Shown piece after piece: positions 1 through 13,300 of a stretch of 64,000 nt of DNA; positions within the stretch are counted from its first letter, which is position 1, and the number at the start of each line of letters is the position of its first letter. The stretch is from positions 80,406 to 144,405 of the forward strand of contig NIVC01001877.1 in assembly GCA_002269645.1 (NCBI GenBank), written 5' to 3'. The position numbers and the translations under genes were made by a program. This DNA is from Macrostomum lignano (Eukaryota). The notes under the pieces are model-generated. The model was given only the letters and a program-made list of their open reading frames with translations. It was not told the DNA's origin and searched no databases.

Positions 1-672
1 CTAGGCAGGAAGCATTACCGGTGGGATCCCCTCCAGTACCGCCGGCTCATGCGATGTCTAGGCAGGAAGCATTACCGGTGGGATCCCCTCCAGTACCGCC
101 GGCTCATGCGATGTCTAGGCAGGAAGCATTACCGGTGGGATCCCCTCCAGTACCGCCGGCTCATGCGATGTCTAGGCAGGAAGCATTACTGGTGGGATCC
201 CCTCCAGTACCGCCGGCTCATGCGATGTCTAGGCAGGAAGCATTACCGGTGTCCCCTCCAGTACCGCCGGCTCATGCGATGTCTAGGCAGGAAGCATTAC
301 CGGTGGGATCCCCTCCAGTACCGCCGGCTCATGCGATGTCTAGGCAGGAAGCATTACCGGTGTCCCCTCCAGTACCGCCGGCTCATGCGATGTCTAGGCA
401 GGAAGCATTACCGGTGTCCCCTCCAGTACCACCGGCTCATGCGATGTCTAGGCAGGAAGCATTACCGGTGTCCCCTCCAGTACCGCCGGCTCATGCGATG
501 TCTAGGCAGGAAGCATTACCGGTGGGATCCCCTCCAGTACCGCCGGCTCATGCGATGTCTAGGCAGGAAGCATTACCGGTGGGATCCCCTCCAGTACCGC
601 CGGCTCATGCGATGTCTAGGCAGGAAGCATTACCGGTGGGATCCCCTCCAGTACCGCCGGCTCATGCGATGT
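1..672. repeat. Tandem minisatellite, 57-bp unit with a 54-bp variant, about 12 copies, truncated by the window start
   Basis: Unit ctaggcaggaagcattaccggtg(gga)tcccctccagtaccgccggctcatgcgatgt repeats directly and produces ORFs 21..689 and 49..735. Confidence 0.97.
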
Positions 673-1379
673 CTTCTACACGAAAATAAAAACGCGGATA
701 GCCAATCCATTTTTTTTGCAGTTATAACAAGTTAAATCAATCTGGTTAAAATCGAGAGAAAAAATCAGATCGCCCTTGCGTCATTCGTATATTTTACGGC
801 GATGCGGCATAGGGAACCGAAGCAATGGACAATCAGTCTGATTAGAAATTTTTTGTTAAAGAATAATAGAAATTATACAATCTTTTAGTTATATAAAGGG
901 CAATAAATACAGAAATGAGCGTATTAGTGACAGTCCCATTAAACAGTTGTTAGGAAGTTCGAAAAGAAGTGCTGAAGATCAAAAGCAGCAGAAATAAATT
1001 GGAAAAAAATAATAGCAATTCCGCAGTAAAGCGATATTAAGCCATATTAAGAAAATATGAACATACGATAATATAATATATTATATTAGTTTAGGAAACG
1101 TCACATATGTAATCAACTGGGATAGACAGCCTTAAATAATAAACTCTTAAATCTGACAAGTAGGTATTTTGTCTGACAAGTAGGTAACTTGTCTGACAAG
1201 TAGGTATTTTGTCTGACACGGTACCCTATTCTCAAACATGTAAAAAACTATAAACTAAGAATGCACCCAACTGGATGAATATCTAACCGCAACTTTATTT
1301 AGATGAAGTTGATCGATTCAATTATCATTCTAGTACATGTATATTCCAGTTTTGTCAGGCTCAGCACAAGTTTAGCCAG

Positions 1380-4300
1380 TCAAGTAGCCCAAGCCTCTAG
1401 TTCTCGCATCTCGTCTTCCTCAGATTTGGCGCCAGCCGCGGACGCCGGGACGCTGTCGCCGCCGCGCAGCGAGTCCTTTGGCGCGCTAGGCAGCTCGGGC
1501 ACGCTGGAGCCGCCAACATCGAGCAGCTGCTTGTCCAGCTCCTCCTGCTCAAGCTCCTCTAATTCGGCTAAAAGTTCGTCTTCGTCGGCGTCGTTGCCAA
1601 AGCCAACCGGACTGCTGATAGCGTCGCTAATCTCCTGGGCAATCTCCTGCTGTTCGTGGATCTCGTCCATAACATCGTGGACCTGACGATGACCAGCAAT
1701 TGATGTTTGAGGGTTTAAATTTCAACGTTAAATTGACACGCATCCGGAATTCGGACCCCGTATGCCAAATCGTAAAAAAACCCAGTTTTACTTCATTTAC
1801 TCCAAGTTCCATATTTTTTATACTTCATTAGTAGTAACAACTAGTTTTATAATTATTAGGAGTCATATGATTTCAATATAATAATCATGCAGTCTGCGGA
1901 CTTCTACGGGTCAGAGACAGGCTCAACAGAGAAAATGTAAACGTTGGGGCAGTGATGTCGATGTTTTAATTGATATTAAAGTAGTTGGGCCACTGGTATA
2001 TCTGTGCCGACTTTCACTTAGTCATCGATTAAGTTCATCTGCCCGTTCGTTTTAGTTCGTCTCTGTTCGCTCTGTCTAATTCAGTCCTGTTACTCTTATC
2101 TCTATCCCTCGCTGCCTTCTGATTGGCTCTTCAATCTCGCTCTTACCGCAGTCGCGCGCTCCACCCCTCCTTTTCTTATCAGCACACAAAGTCCATTAAT
2201 TAAATGTCTTTTTTTCTTGTAATTTTAATTCAGCAGTTAACCAGTAAGCACAGATATTTGGCCTATAAAAACTACTAGATGGACCACTTAAGGCAGGGTT
2301 CGGCAAACTCAGGCGGCCCGTGAAGCCCTCTCTATCCGGCCCTCGGGTCTATAAAACTTCACAATAGCAATCTGGCCCGCTCAAAGTTTGTCTGTTCTCA
2401 GGTCTCCTCTCTCCGCTCCTTCGGGGTCTCCTATCCCTTCTCTCATCTTTCCACTCATCTAACCTCTCATCTCTCATCTATCATGTCGCCGCCTCTCGCC
2501 CCTGATCTACCCTCTCATCTCTCATCTCGCCTCCCTCCTCTCTCCCCACCTCTCCACTCTTCTATCCCTTCCCTCCTCTCTCCCCTCTCCTCTTCCTTCT
2601 CTCCTTTCTTCCATTCTCTTCCCTCTCCTCTCATCTCCACTCTTATCTCTTCTCTCTCTCTCTCTCACTCACACACACACACACACACACACACCTCCCT
2701 TCCTCCCTTTTCTCCTCTATTCCCTCTCTGGCCCGCAGTCACGCGCTAGATTTTATATCTGGCCCTTACGTTGAAAAAAGTTTGGCGACCCCTGACTTAA
2801 AGTATACATACAGTATAGAAGAATGCTATTAGATTAGTGCTGTCGTTAGCCAATCGCCACTGAAGTGTACATGGCAGGCCAACTTTAGGCTATTAATAAA
2901 ACACCAGGCTAAAGAAGGCAAAAGAAGGGGGGTAATAAGAGATTTTTGGTTTGGTCAGGGGTTCAGCTGGGGTAACCTAAAAGAACATTAATTTGCTTTC
3001 TAATTAACTTGCTACTGGACTGAAAGTAGCTTACACGCAAATGTGCTGAGTTGCCTAGCTAGTTAATATAGTATCAGTTGTACTAAGGAAGGATATGTTA
3101 ACTATTGTACAAAAAAGAAATACAGCTTAATTGCCTTGTAGACCCAAAGTTTCTTGCTAATGGTCCAGCCAAATGATATGTTACAGACAGTAGCATCAGC
3201 CAGGATATAATAGCAAACTGGGTTGGATCTGATCCTAAATGACACTAAAAAATGCTTCTTATTTAACATCCTACTTAAAACTGTCTTATTGACTACTCAC
3301 TAGCCTTACCTGATCTATGTTCATATCCTGATGAGCACTTTTCAGCGATTTAGCAGCCACTTGCATGGCTTTTAGCACTTCAGTATTTGTGCTAGCATTC
3401 TCCAGAGCTTCCCGTTGGAACTCAATAGTTGTCAGAGTGCCATCAATCTGAGTTAGTTGCTTTTCAAGGCGCTTCTTCCTAGCAAGTGCTTGGAGAGCAG
3501 CTGGTAGAAAAGGTTATAATGGGAATAAAAATAGTTTTAATTTTATTAAGTTTAATGAATAAAATTTAATAAAGTATTGTTGGCAAAAATGACACAAAAC
3601 TTTAAGTAATCTTCAATCAAGTGTTTATTTTTGTATATTTAATAGGACCTTATAATAAAAAACAAATAGCTATATGTACTCAATTAGGTTAGCAAATAAA
3701 AATAGCAAATAGCAATAGCAATAAAAATTTATATTGCTAATACATATATTTCAAAATTATTTTACTGCCCCACTTTTTACCTCTCACTCTTAACTGGTTG
3801 CCCTACTTTATATCATTGTTTACTTGTGTATATTTTCACTTAACATCAAATATATCAACCCAGAGCATCTTGCTTAAATCCATTTTTGTTTTCATTACAT
3901 TAAAATATAACTAACTGTCTTTTCTAATTCTAGTCATTCTAGCAACCATTTTGCTTATTGCACTTTTTAACACAAAACATATTTATTGTATTTATAGTTG
4001 GGTGCACAGAAAAATGACAAATTGAATATATTTTTTTTGATATTTTAAAAACTTATCCTTAACTTTAAGTCTATTAATCTAAGACAAAATTGACCTAGGG
4101 CTAGCCTAGAGGATAAATATAGGCTTAATATAATAGTGTATGACCAAGATGGCCATACACCTAGAAGGCCACAGCTCTAAATATCTAAATAGATACTGAT
4201 AAGCCTAGGTCTATATATTTCACTTATTTCCTATTGGTAGTAATTTGTATTAGGTGTAGATCTTCAAGTCTTAAGGAGATAGATGCAACTATATTGATAT

Positions 4301-7300
4301 TATAATCATTCCCTTTGGCTTTAGCTTTTATTGTAGCCTGACCTACGAGTGTATAGATATTTATCTACTGAATAAAGGGGTTATACTGAATTCATCAATA
4401 GACCCAAAGTTTAAGAAATTGGAAGAAATTGAATTTGTCAATAGTTGAAATAAGCTAATCAAATTCATCAACAATAAGACAGACTTACCTAAAGTTGTTT
4501 CCTAATATAATAATATAAATTTCTATAATTCAATGAGCAAAATATTGCCAAATATTTCAATATGACTTTATGAATGCATATTCTAAATGCTATTGTGCAT
4601 ATATGACTCAAAATCTAATGAATTAGGCAATTGATATTATGTATAAAATACCATATTGTACATAGTTGAATATCCAGATATGAGTACAAGTAAATCAAGA
4701 GTCTATAAGGGTGTAATGGTTTGTGTGTTGCATATGCTTTATTAGACTTTATTGCATTTCTCAAGTGAATTAGGTCACTTTAATTCAAATTTTCATCTGA
4801 AGTTTTGTTTATCTCAACTATTAACAAAGTTTTGGACTTAAGATTTTAAAATGCGTGCAAAAATAGTTCCAGGGATGTAATATTGGAATTTAGTAAATTT
4901 AAAATTGATAGGCATTAACAGCTTGTAAAAAATTAATATCCAATAAAAACCATTCTCTTTGATTATCTTACATGTATCTTCTCAATAGGCTTTGTCTTAC
5001 ACTTTTTAGCGTATAGTAAATATACTAGTCAATAATCTACATATTGTTAGGTAACTGAATTTATCAATAGTGCATGGTAAGTCAAACTGAATTTGTCAAA
5101 AGTCAATAAATTTGATGTTGACAAATCCAATGGCATCCAACTAAAGTAAGTAGTCTAATACAAATTAAAAACCTTGTTGCATATATATTTATCCTATTTT
5201 TACAATTAACATAGCATTATCACTACCAATGGTTTTTTGATAAATGGAAAGTGATAGATTTGATAGATGTAATAATAGGGAATAAATTGGCTCAAACATG
5301 GAAAAAGATTATTTTTTTAATTATGGGTAATTTGTTTCAAATCTATTATTGCAGCATATATCACTAATATCAGTATTTATAAATATTATAAGATTTAAAA
5401 TCTATACATACAAAAATCAAAACTTTGCTGTGTGTATTGTAGTGAATGCGCCCTTGTCAGTTGGCAGGGTGCGTTGCACTTTGGGGCTGGTTGTTGGGGG
5501 GGGGGAAGTTGGCGGGCGTGGCAGGGTCTGGCCGCTGGCCGGGCTTTGCACGTGCCCCTCCCCAGCCGTGCCCCTGCCCCGTGTTTAGGGCTGGTTGGCT
5601 GCGGCTGGGCCAGCTTTGGCGCGGGTGTGGCCCCTCCCCCCTAAGCGGGGTTTTGATGGGCTGGCCAGCGCGGCCAGTCTCTTTTTTGTTGGGGTAGCTT
5701 GTTTGGTTGGGCTTAGCCGGTGGGGCCATTGGCCCCAGGGTTTGATTATTATTTAATGCGGCTCTAGGCCTTGCTCTCGCCCTTTGCTCTGTTTGTTCTG
5801 TTTGTGCTTTTTGTGTTTTTGTGGGCTCCAAGATAGCAAGCGCGAGACTTGACTTGAGTAAGAAACAGCGACATTAGCTACCTACGATAACAGAAACCCG
5901 AGAGCTCAATTGAGAAGTCAGTCTTTGAAAAGAGTCTGAGAATTGAGAAGAAATTAGAATCTGGCTTGAGACCTCAGAGCCAATCAACAAACGTGCAAAC
6001 CTGCACTTGAGACCTACGAGCAATAAACGTACAAACAGCGATTTGGCCACTGGTAAGCCGCCTGCTGCTTGAGTTCGTTCTTTTCTGGGAGCTTGTTAGG
6101 CCGAGTTCTTGCCAGAGCGTCATAACGCCGGGAGATCATATAGCTTTTTGTAGTATTGTACCGTCTACTCTATATAGTGTGTACAACCTACAGTATTGAG
6201 ATTAGAAGCACTCGAGAGTGTCACCACACCCCGAGTCGCAGCGTGAACTCTGAGTGTCACAACACCAGAGGGATTGAACTATTATCGCAGAGCGTTGTCA
6301 CGCCTGCTCGTTTCCATAAAAGTACAGACAGAGCATCACTACGCCTGTATCTTACGTATAATATATATTGTACTCGGGACTGGGCACCCAAACCAACCTG
6401 GGTTACAACAGTATATGTCTAAATACAATTTTGATTGCTATGGACTCCCAAATGACTCAACCAAATTTTGCACCCACCCTAAACATACTATGAAGAATGT
6501 CTTAGGCTACCCTAAATTTTCTTAAATTTGAGTCTTCCTACCTAAAAGTACAAAAAACTGCTCAAAATATGCAATTTTTTACTAAATCCTCCATAGCGCC
6601 ACTCCACTTCTACTGATCATCTTCAAATTTAACACAAATAATCTTCAACTATTTTGATACAAATGCATAAAATTTGAGTTTCAAAGTTAATCCAAATAGT
6701 GCTATGCACTTTTAAAGTTCAGCTGTTTTTTGTCAGCAAGATAGCCACTCCAACCTCCGCCTACCTGTCTCTCTTTTCCAATCTGGGCAGCCTAGATATG
6801 TAAAAGGGTTTCAAAATTGACTAACTTTCAGCTGTTATAAGTTTGCTCCACGTAAAGTGATTGACTTCAAACTTGACACAATTCTTCATTGACTCATTCT
6901 CTATCTAAATGTAAAGTTTCAACTCTGTAACCCAATCAGAACAGAAACTGTAAGCATGTGAAGTTTGTCTGCTTTTTCTGTTGTTTGTGTCATTTACTCA
7001 TTCATTCCCCCCAGAGCCAGACCAAGGGTCAGGCGATAGGGCTGAATGTACATAGCAAATATACAGTGTTTTAGAATAACTTTTTAAAAGCCTTTTATGT
7101 ACCCCTATGGAGAGGCTAAATTTAGCTATCCATAATAGTTTAGTGAGAAATTCTAACCACTGTCTATATAGGCAAATTCTGCAGCAGTTTAACAGTGGAT
7201 GACAATTGACAAATTAAGGCAATTCAGCATGGTTTGTAAAAGTGTAAGATTTATGAAAAGGCAATGCAATGCAATACAACCCTACTAGATTAGGCCCATC

Positions 7301-10300
7301 ATAAAAATTGAGCCCATGATGAAGCAAGACAGATGATAAGAGAAAAGATAGAATATATTAAGAGAGATAAGGGGGTGGGGACAAAAGAGAGGGGGAGAAA
7401 GAAGAGGGAAAAGGAGAAGCAAGATGAGAGAGCAGAGAGCTGCAAATGAGAGGAGAGAGTAGATATGAGAGTAAAGAGCAGAGAGAGGAGAGAGAAGAGA
7501 TAGAGTTGTACAGATGAGAGCAGTGTAAAGAAAGATAAAAAATGAGAGTATGAGAGATAAAGGAGAGAGGAGAGTGGAAAAAGAAGAGAGACAAGAGAGG
7601 AAGAGAGTATAGAAGAGGGGAGAATGGAGAAGAAAGGAAAGTGAGGAGTCAAAAGAGGGGAAAGAAAAGAGTACAGAGGAGAGAGATGAGGGAACAAGAC
7701 AGTAAATATGACAGATAAAAGAGAGGGATGAGAGAACAGAGATGAGAGTGAACAGACAAGAGATGGGAGGGTAGAGAGATTTGAGAGAACAAAAGAGAGA
7801 GAAGAGAGAAGAGAATACAGAGACAAAAGGAAAGAGGAAAGACAAAGAAAGATAGAAGTGAATGAGGAGAGAGGAGAAGAAAGAGAAGAATAGAAAGGGG
7901 AAGAAAAGAGAAGAGAGATGGGAGAGGAGAGATAAGAGAGAAAAAGAAAGAGAGAGAAAAAGAGAGAAAGGAAAAAGTAGAGGAAAGATAAGTAAGCAGA
8001 AGAGAGAATTGAGAGAAGAGAGGAGAGAAGAATGAAGTTTTGAGAGTGCGAAGGAAGAGGAATGAGAAGAGGGGGGAGAGAGAGGAGAGAGTAGAAAGCA
8101 GAGGAGAGAGAAGAGGAGAGAGAAAAGAAGAGAGAGATATGATAAAAGAGATGAAAAAAGAAGAGATGAAGGAAGATATGAGAGAAAAGGAGAGAGAAAA
8201 AAGAGGAGTAAGGACAAGAATTAAGAGAGGAAACAGAAGAGAAGATAGAATTTTCAAAGGATGCGAGGGACATAGAGAGAGTCAGAGACAAAGAATAGAG
8301 TTTGCCAATACATGTTTTAGAGTTAAATAGACATTGCCTAAAATTTTACGTAGTATCTCAGCCAACAATATCAATGTTTGCCTCAAATCCTAATTTTATA
8401 TTTATTTTCTATCTTACTATTAACAAATTTTTGTCTGAGTATGGCCTCAGTTTCAGAATATATGTAAAAATAGTTCTGGGGATTGGAATTCCCCAGGTTC
8501 AAAATCTATGGGTTTTACCAGCTTCTATATTATATAATAATTAATAAAACAATAGCTATTAAGTTGCTAATTAATGGTAGAAGGTAGTTTTCTATCGTAA
8601 GGAGGGTCCATGTACCATAGCTATAAGCAAAACTATCGCTTACTCTAATTCTCTGTATTCTGTAGCCGTAGGGACCCCAAAATTACCATATTCCTGTAGT
8701 TCTCATAGCCATAGCTGTAGTTTTAACAAAAAGTCTAAAAAACAAAATATTTTGAATCAAGAAGATAACCTAGTGCTTAAACAACTGCAAATTAAATTAA
8801 AAAATAAAAGAAACACTTGAATGTCTTTATAAGATTATATTTTGTTTTTTTCAGAGCAACAATACTTAATCGTTATTGAAAGTACTAACGCTAAACTTTT
8901 TCACATTAATAAAAATTAGATTTTGCTAGTGTTTTATTGTACTTTTTTAGGTATATGTTATAAGTTTCTAGGTTGATAATATAGTTTACTAAAAGTATCT
9001 TTGTTTTACTCTACCTGTTTATAATATTTTTTCAATTTTTAACATTTTTAACAGCGCACTACAAACATTAATAACTATGGCTACAGGAATCTATGGAATG
9101 TGACAGCAATTACCATATTTCCATAGTCATAGCCATAAGAGCAGCTAGCTACCGTAGGCATATCCGTAGCTGCTGTAGGCATCTATTTTACCGTATTTGC
9201 TATAGGAACACTAGTAGAGGGATAGTAGATATAATAAAGATTAAATATTGTGGCCATCTTGGTCTTGTACAAATATAACATGCAATTCAAAAATGATTAG
9301 GGGCCTATTAAACAAAGCCTAGCTAAGAAATTGCAAGCCTCTTGCATCTGGTTTAATAATTTTATAAATTGGAAATAATATACTCATTAAGCTTCAGTAG
9401 GCCTTACTAATACTTTATTTGGTACTAATTTGCTATATCCTGATCAAGTAAAATCTAAAATAGGTCCCATAGGCCCTAGTAGGCCCTAGCCCCCATAGTT
9501 ATAGTACAAAGTAGGCAGGGGCGTAGCGAGGGGGGTATCGGTGTATCGGCCGATACACCCAAATTTCCAAAGCAAAAATTTTTTTATTTACTTTTTTTAG
9601 TTGCAAGTGACCGTTAAGGAAGAGAAAGGTATCCGAATCGATAGAATAACAATTAACAAACGAATAGAGTGATTATATGTAATAGTATCATTAATAGCTT
9701 GTATGCATTAGAAATACATTAAGGCCTAAGGGGATGTGTAGATCTCAAGTCATTTCATTGCTTTCTTTGTACTCGTATAACTTGGTCCTTGGACAACTAT
9801 CAACTATCAACTCATTCGACCAACCGACTATTAAGGGGTGAGGGGGGTGAGTGGATAACCGAGGGGATGGCCGGGTGGGACTGGGGCGTGGCCCGTGGGC
9901 AGTCTGCCAGCTGAGCCAGTGGAATCAGTGATGAACGATGGGGTGGGTTGCCTGGCCAGTTTTCGCTGCAAAATGCATTAGCTTCTGAATTGTTTGAAAG
10001 AATTCTGTCTTGAATTAACTAGAAAATAAAATTCAGGGGCCAGGGGGTGAAGGGTATATTATGTACAGAGGAGAGAACTAGAACTAGAAGGAAAGAAGGA
10101 GGAACTAAATAGGCATATACATTAAGAAAGACTAAGATGAGCATCTACGTCTGCCTGCTGACCCCACCATCCTGAGAAGACTATAAAAAGGGGAAGGAAT
10201 AAGGAAAGAATTAACTATAACCTCGCCTCCTCCAAGCCGTTTATTCTAAGGCCGTAAAGCCGTTTATTCTAAATCTAAGGCAGATTTTTTTATTTCTGGA

Positions 10301-13300
10301 CTGCTACTAAAGTCTGCAAAAGAGTTCATGTGGAATTCAAAATGAGCAAGCGAAAATCTCATGGTCATGATATCCGCTCATTATTTGAGAACTTAAAGCG
10401 GTCCTGCCCTAACCCTGATCCTGCGCTACTGTCTACGCCTAGTTCTAGCACTACACAGCCAGATTCATCTATTGTGTCTTGTGACACTGCTACTGGCAGT
10501 TTGCCCGACTTGGCTACTCCGAATTCAGTTCTAACAGCTCCCGAGCAACAACTGCAAGCTACTATTACTTCTTCAAGTCAGTTTGACGAGTCTGATCTCC
10601 AACATCAAGCAGATGAAGCAGCTGCTGAGACTGAGATCAATGTCAATGACATCGGCTATGCTGTTGAGCTTCGTCGCGATGGAAAGCTGGATACAGCTAC
10701 TCGACTGCGATTCCTTAAGGACTGTTGGGTGCCCCCACAAGGGTACTCATTCCCGTTCACGCTTAAATCTGATAAGGGCAATGTCCACAAGCGCTACTTG
10801 TCTCACCAACATCTAACTGGTCGCAACGCATGCTTTGCGTATTCTGCTAAGCTCGGTGGCGTATTTTGCAAGTAAGTTAGAAGTTAATGTGAGTTTATTG
10901 ATGTATTGCGAAATTGTACTCTTGACATCTAGATCTGGTCTTGAGGTACATGTATGGACCACAGATACTAGAACAACTCTAGTATCTAGTATCTAGTGTT
11001 CTAGTATCTGTGGTATGGACTTAATGCTCACTCCTACCATTCTAACCATTTCTTTCTCCTTTAGGTATTGCGTTCTATTTCTTCCGACCAACTTTGCCAT
11101 CCATGGACAAACAGTCGATGCCTTTGTGGGAACTCCATGCACTAAGTTCGATGTCATCACAACAAAGCTGAAGAAACATTTGCAATGTGACTACCACAGA
11201 AGTGACTGTGATCAAAGCCGATGCCCTGCTATCTGGAACAAATGTTGGCCACATGCTGGATGTCAGTCGCGCAAAGCTAGTGAAGGAAAATAGGGAAAGA
11301 CTAAAACACGTAATTGAACCAATTGAATTTCTCGCTCGCTGTGGTCTGGCTTTTCGAGGACATTGTGACTGTGGACCTATAAAAGTTCATCCAGATGGAA
11401 CTATTGACTATGATAAAGGGAACTTCGTTGCGCTTCTGCAGCTTCTCGCAAAACATGATCCTATTCTACGTGAACACATTTGCACTGGACCATCAAATGC
11501 CAAATACACTTCCAGTGAATCACAGAATGAAATAATTCAGGCTCTGTCTGATGTTATCACCCAAGATTTAGTAAAAAAAATCAACAAAGCAGGCTACTTT
11601 GCGCTGCTTGCAGATGAGACTACGGATTCTTCGCACAAAGAACAGATGTCCATCTGTGTTAGGTACCTCGACATCAGTGATGGAAGTGTAGCTATTCACG
11701 AAGAGTTCATATGCTTTGTTCACGTTGAAGATTTGACTGGTATTGGGCTTGCAACAAAGCTTCTCGAGACGCTCGATTCTCTCCATATTACAGCACAACT
11801 TGTTGCTCAAGGCTATGATGGAGCTTCAGCCATGTCTGCATACATGCGCGACCTCCAAAATTCGGTCGGCCGTGCGACTTAGTTTTAACAAAAATGCGAC
11901 GTAGTTGTTGGCCAAAAATGCGACTTACATGTAAAAAATGCAATTAACGCAACTTTGGGTAAACGGCAGGAGTAACTATGACTGTCTTATAAAGCCAAAA
12001 TGTCTCGTCAGCTACTTAGTACTACTACTTGGTGTTTTTCAGGTGGGCATTTTTGCGACTTCCATGGTTGGCCGCAAAATCGGTCGGCCGGATCGGCCGA
12101 CTCGGCCGACTGTTGCGCATGTATGCATGTCTGGCAAGTTCAATGGCGTTCAGGCAGTGATTTGCGAGCAGCTGGGAAGAAAACTAGCAATCTATGTGCA
12201 CTGTGCTGCACATAATCTAAACCTGTCCCTGCAGGATGCTTGTAAGCTAGATTCAGTTCGTGCCGCTATTACTGCTGTTAATACAGTCACAGTCTTCATT
12301 CGTTCATCACCGCAAAGAACAGCTCTGCTTGAAAAAAAAATCAAAGAGCTGGTTCCGGAGTCATCTGTGCATCAACTTCTACAGCACTGCAAGACCAGAT
12401 GGGTTGAGAAGCAGGAGGCTTTCATCCGATTCAACCTGCTCTTCCCAGCAATCATTGAAACTCTAGAGAAGATCAGCACATGGGGAGGAGAGGCAGGCAG
12501 CAATGCTCGAAACAACCTCAAACTTTTGCTAGACAGCGAATATGTTATTGCAGGCCACATCATCGATGCCGTTCTCACCATCACCAAGCCATTATCAGAG
12601 AAATTGCAGTGTGTAGATCTCGATCTTGTTGATTGTGTCAATGAAATTAAGGCTGTCATCGATGTTCTTCGAGATCTCCGCTCTGATGATGGCCATGTCC
12701 GTTACAATAAGATATTCGATTCTGCTGAGAAAGCACTCGGCGAGCCACTACAAAAGCCTCGAACCAGTGCCAGGTGTCGACAGAAGCATCGTGCCAACCC
12801 CGATGTCTCCACGGCACGTGATTACTTCCGCATAGCAATGTACAATCCATTCCTGGATGGGATAATTGCTACTCTTGAGGAGCGCTTCAGTTCTCATGCG
12901 CAGCTTGCATTCCAGATGGCACGACTGCTTCCTCAGAGTGTTGTTGACGAAAGTTTTGACAGCATGAAAAAATCGATAGAAATTTACATCGGACAGTTAC
13001 GAGGATTAAGCTTTGTGGACGACATCGAGGCTGAATTCTTGCTATGGAAAAAGCGCTGGCAGAATGTCGATCAAAAGGACAGACCGCGAAGTGTGCTCGA
13101 GACGTTGGTAAATTCAGCTGTTAGCCTCCAGAGCTTTCCTAACATCCGGCTTCTACTACAAGTTCTGGCGACGATTCCCGTCACCACTGCAACTGCTGAG
13201 CGATCATTCAGTCAGCTTTGTCCACTGAAGTCGTACCTACGTTCTACAATGGGACAGGAGCGACTGACAGGATTGGCCCAGCTTCTAATCCACAAGGACA

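Noticed and set aside
7285-8330. Long Ser/Leu/Phe- and Arg/Glu-rich ORFs (also at 2483, 24054-24963, 29577-30162, 42586, 51701-52394)
   Set aside because: They are translations of GA/CT low-complexity DNA, which lacks stop codons by composition.
8550-9260. Possible foldback element with ctatggctacagg motifs
   Set aside because: The inverted similarity is too degenerate to define ends or a TSD.
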